Positions 48,132-58,435 are shown, counted from the stretch's first letter. The stretch: 64,000 nucleotides of DNA from Candidatus Gottesmanbacteria bacterium GW2011_GWA2_43_14 (GCA_000999095.1 LCFP01000002.1:69736-133735); one strand, 5' to 3'. The notes: generated from the sequence alone by a model not told the origin. Numbers and translations are program-made.

Positions 48132-48934
48132 TTCCCTTTCAAAAATAAATCCCATAGTTTTTGCCTATCAAGTCCCGAATGGAGGTCAAAAAATGTGTCA
48201 TTTTTATCAATAAAATCCAGCAAGTATTTCATCTGCTTTCCGGTATGACCGCTGTCCGTGAAAAAAACCCTGATCAATTTTTTCAGGACAAGCTGTTTGT
48301 CTTTTATTTTTTTAGACCGGTAATTCATGTCCTTGTGTAGAAAAAATAATTTACCCATTTTATAACGCCTGACGGATTTCCCGACCCATGCCTGTTTATC
48401 AATCATCGGAGCCTGATATAGAAAATAGTTATTTTTTTCTTTTTTGATTATAAGCGTATCATCTGCCAGCGGAAGACATTTTTCAGCCAGAAGGCGAAGG
48501 ATGGTGGATTTCCCCGCTCCTGATTTTCCCAAGAAAATATGAGCCTGATCATCAATATAAACAGCGGAACCGTGGAATATAAACCCTTTGTTCTCTGCCA
48601 GTAAATTCTGCAGAATAGTCCTTATGATGATGATAAGCTGCACAATTCCTATATGATAAAATGAAATTGCGGTATTCTTCCCTTTATTTTCATAAAAATT
48701 AATAAAGTGCTTGTTGCTTTTCTTTTCGCTTAAGACATCCATACCCAATCTGTCAATAAAATGTACGGTGGCATCCACGTGGATGTAGGTTTTTTTGACT
48801 ATAAAACCTCCCAGGGAAAATTCAACCTCTTTTATCAGATGATGCCGGGTGGAAGGCCAGTCTGTCGGATGGAAAACGAGTCTGAAGGTAAAGCCTGCAA
48901 TTTTAAGATAAACGGAGGAGTTTGACTGTTTCAT
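48086..48934 (-). CDS. HPr kinase-like P-loop protein (RiPP-associated type)
   Basis: FHGSA, FLGKSGAGKST, LADD. Confidence 0.8.
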   Translation of the reverse strand: MKQSNSSVYLKIAGFTFRLVFHPTDWPSTRHHLIKEVEFSLGGFIVKKTYIHVDATVHFIDRLGMDVLSEKKSNKHFINFYENKGKNTAISFYHIGIVQLIIIIRTILQNLLAENKGFIFHGSAVYIDDQAHIFLGKSGAGKSTILRLLAEKCLPLADDTLIIKKEKNNYFLYQAPMIDKQAWVGKSVRRYKMGKLFFLHKDMNYRSKKIKDKQLVLKKLIRVFFTDSGHTGKQMKYLLDFIDKNDTFFDLHSGLDRQKLWDLFLKGNQHLLQASGSQKPGQ

Positions 48935-49212
48935 CCATGATCGGCTTTATTTCCTATACTGATGATGTTTTCTTTGGCTAATACTTTTAAAAAGTCATCG
49001 ACATCCCGTTTGGCCGTATCGTTATTCAAGCCGTATTCCGACTTAAGAAATAAAGTTATTTCTTCCTTTCCTTCCCCCTTTAACAGTCTTTTAAATATTT
49101 CCGAGGCGGTTTCATTCAGAGTTATCAGCAGGGATTTTTCTCCGTCAAAGATCATCGTCTTTTTGCCCAACTTCCTGCTTACGAATCCCTTGTTGACAGT
49201 GATTTTTTTCAT
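48931..49212 (-). CDS. PqqD-family RiPP recognition element
   Basis: About 93 aa; TLNETASEIF..L.SEYG..AKRDVDDFL..L.KENII. Confidence 0.88.
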   Translation of the reverse strand: MKKITVNKGFVSRKLGKKTMIFDGEKSLLITLNETASEIFKRLLKGEGKEEITLFLKSEYGLNNDTAKRDVDDFLKVLAKENIISIGNKADHG

Positions 49213-49976
49213 GACTTTTCCTCGACTGATGTGATGAGCCCATCCCATAAGATGACGTTTTTGAAAAATAAATTAATATTTTCTCCTGTTTTTATTTTGC
49301 TGATCTCGGTGAAATAATCAATACCGTAGATATCTTTTGCCGTCACCTCAACCGATATCTCCACATTGCTTCTGGCCTCAGTATTAAGGGTAGTCGGCAC
49401 AAGGTTGACGCTGATAATTTTTGCCATGACCTCACCCTTGTTATTGAGCATGACGTCATTGGGTTTAAATTCCTTGGCAATAAACGGCAGCTCATTGTCT
49501 TTAGCAACAGTCAGCAAAACCTGTTTTTTCTTGAATTTCGAGGGTTTCAAAGAAAGATAGGTGATAAAGCCCCGGTGTTTGAATTTACCGAAATTAAAAT
49601 TTACCCATTTGTTTAATTCAAGTGACTGGCCTTTATAAAAATAATTATCCTCCCTGTCTTTCTGGACAAAAAGCTTCAGCTCAAGTACCAGGTGCTTTCC
49701 ATGGCTGCCTCCCTCATATGATTCCACCTCAATTACTTCGGCTGTGGTACCGCCAAAAGCGGATTTTTCTTTGTTGCCCTTTTCAACCTGGTTTGCCACC
49801 CAGTAAGGGACGGCTACTTTTAAATCATCGCTTTCGGAAAATATTGCCCGGCCGTATAGTACTATACCGCTGCGGGATTTATTATAGAAAAAATAAATTA
49901 CAAACAGGGCAAAAACAAGAATCAACAGGCTGAAGAGATTATAGCGGGTCATAAGTGAAAAATTTTTAAGTTTCAT
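49209..49976 (-). CDS. Membrane-anchored protein (DUF4330-like duplicated beta domain)
   Basis: N-terminal TM; two related halves. Confidence 0.5.
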   Translation of the reverse strand: MKLKNFSLMTRYNLFSLLILVFALFVIYFFYNKSRSGIVLYGRAIFSESDDLKVAVPYWVANQVEKGNKEKSAFGGTTAEVIEVESYEGGSHGKHLVLELKLFVQKDREDNYFYKGQSLELNKWVNFNFGKFKHRGFITYLSLKPSKFKKKQVLLTVAKDNELPFIAKEFKPNDVMLNNKGEVMAKIISVNLVPTTLNTEARSNVEISVEVTAKDIYGIDYFTEISKIKTGENINLFFKNVILWDGLITSVEEKS

Positions 49977-51405
49977 ACTGCGGCTTATTGTATACCAAGA
50001 GCATTACTATAAGCAAAAAAAGGGTTTTCATCTGTCCTGTATGGAAAAAGGGGTTGACGTAGGAAATAACGATAAGTCCCAATAAACCCGCGTAGACTGC
50101 CAGTCCGATATCATCCGTCTCTGTTCTCTTCTGCATGTTTCTGACGACCGAACCCAGAAAAAGCAGAAACAGCAGAAGGCCGGGCAGTCCGGTTTCCGAG
50201 GCGATTTCCAGAAAAGTATTATGGATTTTATAAAATGCCCCCGGCTGTTCACTTTCAAAAATATTGGTCACGGGGTATAGGGCGTAAGTCTCAAGCGACC
50301 TGTTGAGTCCTGTGCCGAAAATATAATTCTTACTTATTAAATTAAAGGCCTCGATATCCAGTTTGACCCTGATTCCCATTGAACCGAATTCATCCAGGGA
50401 AACCGGGCTTGTATTGACTCGGGAGAAAAAATACGGTGACAGGATATAAAGTGAAAAAAATAAGGCTACTGCGGAAATCAGAACTTTTTTGTTCAGCCAG
50501 GCTTTTTTCTTAAACCAATAATAATTCCGGGAAAAAGGGCTTATCGGTATTAACAATAAATAAACGGTGATCAGCACAATCCAGGCAATCCGGCTGAAAG
50601 TAAATATCAAAACAAGCAATACCATGATTTTGGCCAAAGTCATCCACTGACTTTTATGCGGGTAATGAAGAAGCAGGGGGAAGACCGAGAGCAGAAAAGC
50701 GGCGAAAGCATTCGGATGTCCGAATGCCGCTGTGACCCTGAAAAGATTTATATTTTCGACAGCTGTGATTCCCGCCGGATTATAAAAAAGAACCGATTCC
50801 AATACCAGTCCGAGCGGATGCCTGAAAAAAAATTGAAGCAAGGCGATAAGGGATTGAAAAAGAAGCATAAAAATAAGCAGAATCCGGACTTGGGGTAAGT
50901 CTTTTTCGCTTAAATTCAGCCTGAGCAAATAATAGAGGGCAGCCATTTCAAACAACTGGATAAGTCCGATAAAGGAATTGTGGCTTATATTGACGTAAAA
51001 TGAGATGCCGGACCAGACAAAAAAGGCAAACAAAGCCAAATCAGCCGTCTCAAATTTTCGCAGCCTTTTTTTATATGAAACCAAAGCCAGAAACGGCACA
51101 AACACCGTCAGCGAAGAAATCCACCAGCCTGAACCCATGTTCAGGCTGGCAGGCTCCAGCCTGAAAAAAGCCGCACCCAGGCTGATATCTGAAAATATAG
51201 CCAGGATGACAACAAATACTAATGCTTTGGCAATGCTTTTAAAATAATTCAGAAAAATAAAATAGGTTAAAAAGAATGAAAAAAAATAGAAAGGCTTATT
51301 GGGGGCCAAAAAGAGAAGGAGGAAATGCAATGACAGACCAAAAATAAACAAATTTACATCCACCCCTGAAAACCTCTTCAACTGCTTTTTAATGATTCCG
51401 GACAT
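49966..51405 (-). CDS. O-antigen ligase/polymerase family protein
   Basis: RVTAAFGHPN, TFSRIAW, GTG, HNTFLEIASETG. Confidence 0.85.
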   Translation of the reverse strand: MSGIIKKQLKRFSGVDVNLFIFGLSLHFLLLFLAPNKPFYFFSFFLTYFIFLNYFKSIAKALVFVVILAIFSDISLGAAFFRLEPASLNMGSGWWISSLTVFVPFLALVSYKKRLRKFETADLALFAFFVWSGISFYVNISHNSFIGLIQLFEMAALYYLLRLNLSEKDLPQVRILLIFMLLFQSLIALLQFFFRHPLGLVLESVLFYNPAGITAVENINLFRVTAAFGHPNAFAAFLLSVFPLLLHYPHKSQWMTLAKIMVLLVLIFTFSRIAWIVLITVYLLLIPISPFSRNYYWFKKKAWLNKKVLISAVALFFSLYILSPYFFSRVNTSPVSLDEFGSMGIRVKLDIEAFNLISKNYIFGTGLNRSLETYALYPVTNIFESEQPGAFYKIHNTFLEIASETGLPGLLLFLLFLGSVVRNMQKRTETDDIGLAVYAGLLGLIVISYVNPFFHTGQMKTLFLLIVMLLVYNKPQYET

Positions 51406-51406
51406 C

Positions 51407-53248
51407 TCAGAGTATATTTAGCTGACCAAGCCATTTTTTAAAACACAAAAGAGACCATATCAGATAAGCATGGTCATTAATGCCTTCTGCATGTTCCTTT
51501 AATACTTTATTAATATAGGACATGTCGAACAAATCGGATCCGCTTAATACGCCGTCAAAAAATTCATCCCTGACCTGCTTTTCATACTTACCTCTGAACC
51601 AGGAAGCCAAAGGCGGTAAAAAACCGTGCTTTTGCCTGATGGGCAAACCGGGAAATTTCCGGGCGATAATTTTACGCATGATATATTTACGCTGCAGGCC
51701 GTTAATTTTTAAACGGTCAGGCAGCTGGGCAGACAACTCAAAGAGTGTATGGTCGAGAAGGGGAGAACGCACTTCCAGGGAATGTGCCATGGAAGCAATA
51801 TCCACTTTGGGCAGCAGGTAATCAGCTAAATAGGATTTCCTGTCATAAGCCAGGACGTCGTCCAAAGAATTTAATTGCATCTTCTGAAAATGTTTTCGAT
51901 TTTTTTTAAGCAGCAGGCCGACTTCCTTTTCCCCTGTCAGAGCTGAAGCTGATAAATAAGCATTTACACGATCTTTCCCCAATGCCGGCAGGTATTTTCC
52001 GCTGACAACAGACAGGGACCTGATTTTCAATATCCGGTAAAAAATCTTTAAAAGAGATACTGCTTCTTTTTGCCAGGGCAGACTATTTAACTGACGATGG
52101 TATTTCCAGAATAAATAACGCGGGTATCCGGCAAAATTTTCATCACCGCCGTCTCCGTTTATAGCTACCCTGACCATTTTACCCGTCTTCTTCATTAACA
52201 TCCAGGTGGGCAGCATTGACGGATCGGCAAAAGGTTCTTCATAACTTTTAACAATATCTCCCAGGAATTTAAGACTGTTTTCTCTCACGGTCAATTCATG
52301 ATGTGAACTGCCGATGGCAGCGGCAATATTTCTGGCATACGGCAATTCGTTATATTCATTTTCAGCAAAACCGACGGAGAATGTGTTGATTTTTTTGCCT
52401 GAAACGGAGGCGGCAATGGCACAGACCAGGCTGGAATCCATGCCTCCAGATAAATGAAAACCCAGAGGTACATCACTCTCCAGTCTGATTTTCACACATT
52501 CAACCAGTTTATCGGACAGGATTTCTATCCATTCATTTTCAGATAAGTTAAGTTTGTGCGAATAGTCAATATCCCAATATTTGTGCAATGATTGTTTTCC
52601 CGAAGAAGAAACAACCAAATAATGGGCAGGAGGCAATTTAAAAATATTTTTATAACCGGTCTGCGGTGATTTTACATATCCGTTGGTAAAATATTCCTGT
52701 AAAACCGTTTCATCAAAGATGCTTGGGATACCCGGCTGGGAGATAAGGGCTTTCAGCTCTGAAGCGAAAGCAAAAAAATTGTCGTCAAAATAATATTTCA
52801 GAGGCTTTTTTCCCAGTCTGTCCCTGGCCAGAAAAAGTTTATTCAACCTCCCGTCCCAGACCACAAAGGCAAACATGCCCCTTAAAAAGGCCAAGCACTT
52901 TATCCCGTAATGAAGATACATGGCCAAGAGTACCTCGCTGTCACCTCTCGATTTAAAACTGTACTTATTTTTAAGCTTCTCCCTTAAATTTCTGTAGTTG
53001 TATATTTCGCCGTTAAAAACCAAAACCACTTTGCCGTCGGGTGAAATCATCGGCTGATGACCGGCAGCTGACAAATCAAGGATGGCCAGTCTCGTGGAAA
53101 CCAGCCAAATTTTCGCTGATAAAAATGATCCGGCATCATCAGGTCCCCGGTGATGTAATTTGCTCAGGACGGAGCGGATAGCGGATTTTTCAGCTTGAGA
53201 GTTTACTTCCCTGGTCTTAAAATAAAGTTTACCGGCAATACCGCACAT
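51407..53248 (-). CDS. asnB: Asparagine synthase-like amidotransferase (glutamine-hydrolysing)
   Basis: MCGIAG, HRGPD, NGEIYN, LSGGMDSS, GDGGDE, EVRSPLLD. Confidence 0.92.
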   Translation of the reverse strand: MCGIAGKLYFKTREVNSQAEKSAIRSVLSKLHHRGPDDAGSFLSAKIWLVSTRLAILDLSAAGHQPMISPDGKVVLVFNGEIYNYRNLREKLKNKYSFKSRGDSEVLLAMYLHYGIKCLAFLRGMFAFVVWDGRLNKLFLARDRLGKKPLKYYFDDNFFAFASELKALISQPGIPSIFDETVLQEYFTNGYVKSPQTGYKNIFKLPPAHYLVVSSSGKQSLHKYWDIDYSHKLNLSENEWIEILSDKLVECVKIRLESDVPLGFHLSGGMDSSLVCAIAASVSGKKINTFSVGFAENEYNELPYARNIAAAIGSSHHELTVRENSLKFLGDIVKSYEEPFADPSMLPTWMLMKKTGKMVRVAINGDGGDENFAGYPRYLFWKYHRQLNSLPWQKEAVSLLKIFYRILKIRSLSVVSGKYLPALGKDRVNAYLSASALTGEKEVGLLLKKNRKHFQKMQLNSLDDVLAYDRKSYLADYLLPKVDIASMAHSLEVRSPLLDHTLFELSAQLPDRLKINGLQRKYIMRKIIARKFPGLPIRQKHGFLPPLASWFRGKYEKQVRDEFFDGVLSGSDLFDMSYINKVLKEHAEGINDHAYLIWSLLCFKKWLGQLNIL

Positions 53249-53258
53249 AAAAAAAGTT

Positions 53259-54101
53259 ATGCGATTCTCACCAGCCATTATACTACTGATTTTACCGGTG
53301 GCAGTCACCTATATCTGGTTTTCCGCCGGAGATTATCATACACTCCACCGGGATTATGAGACATTCGCTGACTCGATTAAATACCGGCAACTGCCTAACT
53401 GTACCGATAAAACCGTTTTTACGGACTTGGAAATCGCCTTAAAAGAATCTTCCTCTGTCTGCACACTGTTATTGCCTAATCAGAAATTGTCGGAGGTACC
53501 TGAAGCAATAACGGAACTGGTAAATCTGGAACGTCTGGATTTGCATGAAAACCAACTGACATTTCTTCCTTCGGGACTGGAACGTCTCCGTGCCTTGAAA
53601 ACCCTGGATTTGGGGGCCAACCGCTTCATTGAATTTCCGGAAATATTGGGCATTTTACCGAAATTGGAAACTCTTGAGATTGCCTTCAACGGTCTGACGG
53701 ATATTCCTCCTTTTGTCTCCCGTTTGTATAATCTGAGAATTTTATCATTAAATAATAACCTGTTAACCGGGTTTCCGGCTGCAGTTTCAGGATTGGCTGG
53801 TCTGGAAATTTTAGAACTCGGAAACAACAAAATCACCGTCATAGACAGCTCTATCGGGTTCGCGAACGGCCTTAAAGAATTATATTTATACGGAAATCAT
53901 CTGACCGGATTGCCGGACAATATTAAAAATCTGAAAAATCTGGAAGTACTCAATCTACAGAATAACCGTTTAAGTTCGATTCCTGAAGCGCTTTTTTCGA
54001 TGCCGCAACTCACTGAATTAAATCTAAGGGGAAATAATATTAAGCCTGAATCTATAAATGAATTTCAGAATAAGCTGCCTGAGACTGATCTGATTTTTTG
54101 A
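53259..54101 (+). CDS. Membrane-anchored leucine-rich repeat protein
   Basis: TM plus repeated 23-aa LxxLxLxxN units. Confidence 0.9.
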   Translation: MRFSPAIILLILPVAVTYIWFSAGDYHTLHRDYETFADSIKYRQLPNCTDKTVFTDLEIALKESSSVCTLLLPNQKLSEVPEAITELVNLERLDLHENQLTFLPSGLERLRALKTLDLGANRFIEFPEILGILPKLETLEIAFNGLTDIPPFVSRLYNLRILSLNNNLLTGFPAAVSGLAGLEILELGNNKITVIDSSIGFANGLKELYLYGNHLTGLPDNIKNLKNLEVLNLQNNRLSSIPEALFSMPQLTELNLRGNNIKPESINEFQNKLPETDLIF

Positions 54102-54155
54102 TCCGTTTGTAATCCCACTTGACAAATTTTATTTTATTTCTTTATACTGATTTTA

Positions 54156-55016
54156 ATGTCCGAAAAAAAATACCTAATCCTCACCGTTGTTTTCATTTTC
54201 CTATCAGTTATCGCCGGTATATCCTATGTCTTTATAAAAAACAGTCAACAGCCGCTTCAGCTGGCTGAAAATACGGAAACTGCTGACGGGGCGCAGGCAC
54301 TGGAAAATTGTAACGATGATACGCTTTATGACTGGGACAGCATGGATAAAGCTTTGGAGAAACCGGACTCTGTCTGCAAATTGGATATCAGTAAACATGA
54401 TGTGACTGAAGTTGTAGCTGATGTTTTTCAATTTCCCAATCTTGAAGTACTAATCGCCGAAAACAATTTAATTGAATCCATTCCTGACCAGCTGGAGACT
54501 TTGACGAAGCTTAAAAGCGTTGACCTCAGTAACAATAAACTCCAGGAATTCCCTCCGGTTTTATTGCGAATGCCTAACCTTCAATATTTGGATCTGGGAG
54601 GAAACCAGATAGCTGCTATACCGGCAGGCATCAGCAGTCTGACCAACCTCTATAAACTGGACATGAAAGAAAATCTGATAACCGAAGTACCAGCGGAAAT
54701 CGGTAGCCTGACCAGTTTGGAAACCCTGGAATTAAGCTATAACAACATAAACCTGGTCAGTGCAGATATAGGAAATTTAACAGCTTTGTGGGAATTGTTC
54801 CTGGGGGATAACAGTCTGAGCGCTTTGCCCTCCGAATTAGGTAATTTATCAAATCTTAAAGTATTTTATCTGAGTAATAATCAATTCACTTCGGTTCCAG
54901 AAGTTATCAAAGCCATGAGCGGGCTGGTTGAACTCCATCTGGAAGGCAATCCCTTAAATCAGGATGATGTGTCGGCATTAAAGAATTCCCTGCCCGGTGC
55001 TCAGGTAACCTTCTGA
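54156..55016 (+). CDS. Membrane-anchored leucine-rich repeat protein (acidic paralog)
   Basis: TM plus 23-aa LRRs; same Cys-containing N-cap as the upstream ORF. Confidence 0.9.
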   Translation: MSEKKYLILTVVFIFLSVIAGISYVFIKNSQQPLQLAENTETADGAQALENCNDDTLYDWDSMDKALEKPDSVCKLDISKHDVTEVVADVFQFPNLEVLIAENNLIESIPDQLETLTKLKSVDLSNNKLQEFPPVLLRMPNLQYLDLGGNQIAAIPAGISSLTNLYKLDMKENLITEVPAEIGSLTSLETLELSYNNINLVSADIGNLTALWELFLGDNSLSALPSELGNLSNLKVFYLSNNQFTSVPEVIKAMSGLVELHLEGNPLNQDDVSALKNSLPGAQVTF

Positions 55017-55023
55017 ACTTTTC

Positions 55024-56088
55024 CTATAACTTATTTTTTATTTCTTCAGCGATTTCTTTTCCGATCAGATCATTTGCAAAAACTGTAGGATGTGCGTGAT
55101 CGTAATACAATTTATGCTGCCTGAAGTCCCGTAATACAGGCAAAAGGTCAATGTATTCCAATTTCAGCTTGTCAGCAATATTTTTCAGCATAGTTTGCGG
55201 GTAATTTTCCGAATAATCAGCATAAACCTGATAGGATACCGGAAAACAGACTATAACTACCTTAAAATTATGTTTTTTTGACAATAAAACCAGTCTCTCT
55301 AGTTGTTTTTCTACAGAAATCCAGCTCTCTTTGGTCCAGGCGGCACCCCAATCATACTGAGTAGCCTGAATCATTTCTTTAAATTGCCCGGGATCCTGCC
55401 GCCAATTTTTATTTCCTATCCTGCTCCAGTCGCGATAATTAACATTATTTTCCTTGACCCATTTTCTAAATACCAGTTCCCTGTATATAGTCTCGATTAA
55501 AACGCTCTGGCGGCGCCAGAAATTACGGTAATCAATATCAATGGGAAACCCGTGAGGCGGCCGGCTGTCATTGAGATAGAAACCGACAACAATCATATCC
55601 GGTTTTATCGCGAGTCCTTTCTCCTCCAAAATATCCACTTCTTCCGCCAGTCCTATATCGCTGACCCCGGCATTAACAACCTGCAGCTTTTTACCGGAGA
55701 AATTGCTTTCAAGGTATTTGCCTATTTTTTCAACATAGACTTCATCGGCTTTTAGATAATCTCCCAATGTTATGGAGTCACCCAAAACCAAAATTCTGAA
55801 TTCAGACTGGACTTTTTCACCGATTTCCTCATCTCGGAAGCCCAAGGAATTTGTCGAAACAGGAATATCCCTTTTAGAAAGATAGTGATTCTTTATGGTA
55901 ACCCGGACATTGGGAACCAGTCTTCTGCCCGAAGTTGTATTTCTGACTAAAAACTCCGGGTCGTTTTCAATTACTGATCCGGCGGACATTCTGTCCCTGA
56001 CTACATAGGATTCCGTCAGCCTCAATATTGACTCGGCAACCAAAAGTGCTGAAATCAGTCCCAGGCAAAATAGCATTAACTTTCTCAT
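55024..56088 (-). CDS. SGNH/GDSL hydrolase-family protein
   Basis: TNSLGFRD, LGDSITLG, FYLND, DHAHP. Confidence 0.85.
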   Translation of the reverse strand: MRKLMLFCLGLISALLVAESILRLTESYVVRDRMSAGSVIENDPEFLVRNTTSGRRLVPNVRVTIKNHYLSKRDIPVSTNSLGFRDEEIGEKVQSEFRILVLGDSITLGDYLKADEVYVEKIGKYLESNFSGKKLQVVNAGVSDIGLAEEVDILEEKGLAIKPDMIVVGFYLNDSRPPHGFPIDIDYRNFWRRQSVLIETIYRELVFRKWVKENNVNYRDWSRIGNKNWRQDPGQFKEMIQATQYDWGAAWTKESWISVEKQLERLVLLSKKHNFKVVIVCFPVSYQVYADYSENYPQTMLKNIADKLKLEYIDLLPVLRDFRQHKLYYDHAHPTVFANDLIGKEIAEEIKNKL

Positions 56089-57299
56089 ATCATCTCCCCG
56101 TATAGCTTCATTACTTTCCGGTAGTGATCGACCGGATTAAATTTATCTACGGCCATTTTTCTGGCATTTCCCCCCAACCTTATAACCGATCCTTTGTCTC
56201 CGGAAAGCTTTTTAATTTTTTCCAACAAATCATCCAGGTCACCTGGTTTAAACAAATAGCCCGTGTAATTATCATCAACCAGTTCCGGAATGCCGCCGAT
56301 ATCAGAGGCGATTACCGGTTTACCGCAGGCAAAAGCCTCCAAAATAGACATACCGAATACTTCAGGCCACAAAGAGGGCAAAATAACAGCCAGGCTCCGG
56401 CTGATTACTTTCTTAAGCGCTGCTCCCTCTAAAAAACCGCTGAATTCCACATTTTTCATCCGTTTTTCTTTGACAAAATTTTTCAGTTCATCCTCCTGTT
56501 GCCCCCGGCCGGCAATTTTCAATTTAATGTCCGGTAAATTTTTCATTGCTTTTAACAGTAAAAGCAGCCCTTTTTCCGGCGATAATCTGCCGAAATACAA
56601 CAGATATTCTCCGGCTGATTTCCTGTATGGATATTCATGGCTGATTATAAAATGTGGTATCGTTCTGATTTTTTCTTCCCTGATACCGGATTCAATCAGT
56701 TTCTTTTTCATAAAAACCGAAGGAGAAATGTATTTATCTATCAGGTTATGCTCCCAACCTGCCAATTGGTGAAAATATTTTTCCAATACTTCAATGGAAC
56801 TGTAGAATCTAGAATTACGTATACATCTGTGCGCTATAGCCTTGTAAAATCTACCGCCGAGGGTTATTTCACAAACAGCACCGTTATGAAACAAATTATA
56901 ATTCGGGGAGATCAGATGATAATCGCCCAGATTCTGGACAATCGGTAAATGCTTTTTTTTTACGGCCGGCAGAATGGAAGGGGAAAGATGGTGATATATA
57001 GTATGAAGATGGACGATGTCAGGTTTTACCTGGTCAATCAGTCTGCTTATCTTATTGTTAGCTTCGGGTGAATAGAATAACCTGATAAATTGCCTGAGAC
57101 GCTGATATAATTGCGAATTGTCATAAGATACATTGGATACGGCAAAATCAGCCCATCTGCTTTGTCCGTCAGCGGCTGATTGCATGTAAAAATATGAAGT
57201 CCTGTTTCCCCGGGCCTCCATCAGTTTACCCAGCTCAAAAAAATATCTTTCCACGCCTCCGACCAGATGGAAAAATTTATTGACATAAAGTATATTCAT
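56085..57299 (-). CDS. Glycosyltransferase family 4
   Basis: GGVERY, GRLSPEKG, EVFGMSILEA. Confidence 0.9.
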   Translation of the reverse strand: MNILYVNKFFHLVGGVERYFFELGKLMEARGNRTSYFYMQSAADGQSRWADFAVSNVSYDNSQLYQRLRQFIRLFYSPEANNKISRLIDQVKPDIVHLHTIYHHLSPSILPAVKKKHLPIVQNLGDYHLISPNYNLFHNGAVCEITLGGRFYKAIAHRCIRNSRFYSSIEVLEKYFHQLAGWEHNLIDKYISPSVFMKKKLIESGIREEKIRTIPHFIISHEYPYRKSAGEYLLYFGRLSPEKGLLLLLKAMKNLPDIKLKIAGRGQQEDELKNFVKEKRMKNVEFSGFLEGAALKKVISRSLAVILPSLWPEVFGMSILEAFACGKPVIASDIGGIPELVDDNYTGYLFKPGDLDDLLEKIKKLSGDKGSVIRLGGNARKMAVDKFNPVDHYRKVMKLYGEMI

Positions 57300-57307
57300 A
57301 AATTGTT

Positions 57308-58435
57308 ATGAAACAAATTGTTGTGCTGTCGGGAGGCAATTATTACTCGGATCTGGTCAGGATTGAACAGATGCTTCCCGGTTTTCTTTCAAAACATTAC
57401 CAGGTACTTTTTATTGAATACCCTAAGTTTAGCAGAATTATCCGGTTGATTGCAGGCAAGCAGACATACCTGGAAAAAGTGAATAACCAGCTTACAGTCA
57501 TCCATACTTTCGGACTGTTACCATGTGGCAGATCAGTAGCTCAAATAAACCTGCTGAATCACCGCCTCAACTATTTTCTTGTGAAAAACCTGATAAATAA
57601 AAAATATCTTTTACTTTCATTTACTCCGGAAGCGGTTCTTATACCCCTATTGATGTCAGGAGCAAACCGGGTTTATTATTGGGTGATTGATGATTATGTT
57701 ACCCTCCCATTTTGGAACAATCCATGGCAAAAACGGCAATTCAGATATCTGGACAAACTGATGGTATCCGGATCTGACAGGATTATCGCCGCATCAACGA
57801 CCCTCTATGAACAATACCGCAAGGATAAGCCTCAAACATTCTACTTTCCTACTCCGGCGGACTTATCGGATGTAAAGATAATCGATAATGAAATTCCCGG
57901 CGATTTAAAGGCAATGGAAGGTCTTAAAATAGGCTTTATCGGAGCTTTCTATGACTGGAGGATAGATATTGATCTGTTACTGAAAACAGCCGCATATTAC
58001 AGTAATCATTCCTTTATTTTTATCGGCAGTTTTAAGGTACGGAAAAAATATCTGCGGGACAGGCTATACAGCATGAAAAATCTTCACTTTCTGGACTATA
58101 AAAAGCCTGAATACCTGTCTCTATATATCAACGCTTTTGATGTTTGTCTTATTCCCTATAGAATGAATGCTTATGGCATTTCGGCCTATCCGGTGAAAAT
58201 CAACGAATACCTTTATGCGGGTAAACCGGTTGTCACTACTGCCTTACCGGCTCTTAAAGACCTGGCAAACAGAAAATTAATCTACTGGGCTGATAATAAT
58301 CGGACTTTTATAAAGTACATTGGCAAAGCGATCAGGGAAAATGATCCTGAATTAAAAAAGGCCAGGAAAAAAACAGCCTCCGCCAATTCATGGCAGGCCA
58401 GATCCGCTGCTTTACTAAAATTGCTGGAACAATGA
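57308..58435 (+). CDS. GT-B glycosyltransferase (GT4-like)
   Basis: FDVCLIPY, PVKINEYLYAGKPVV, NSW. Confidence 0.85.
   Translation: MKQIVVLSGGNYYSDLVRIEQMLPGFLSKHYQVLFIEYPKFSRIIRLIAGKQTYLEKVNNQLTVIHTFGLLPCGRSVAQINLLNHRLNYFLVKNLINKKYLLLSFTPEAVLIPLLMSGANRVYYWVIDDYVTLPFWNNPWQKRQFRYLDKLMVSGSDRIIAASTTLYEQYRKDKPQTFYFPTPADLSDVKIIDNEIPGDLKAMEGLKIGFIGAFYDWRIDIDLLLKTAAYYSNHSFIFIGSFKVRKKYLRDRLYSMKNLHFLDYKKPEYLSLYINAFDVCLIPYRMNAYGISAYPVKINEYLYAGKPVVTTALPALKDLANRKLIYWADNNRTFIKYIGKAIRENDPELKKARKKTASANSWQARSAALLKLLEQ

Noticed and set aside
51407-53248. AsnB as a lasso peptide cyclase
   Set aside because: It keeps the N-terminal Cys glutaminase domain (MCGIAG) and sits with ligase and GT genes, typical of glycan amidotransferases. 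No B2 protease is present and the precursors lack Thr(-2). Not fully excluded.
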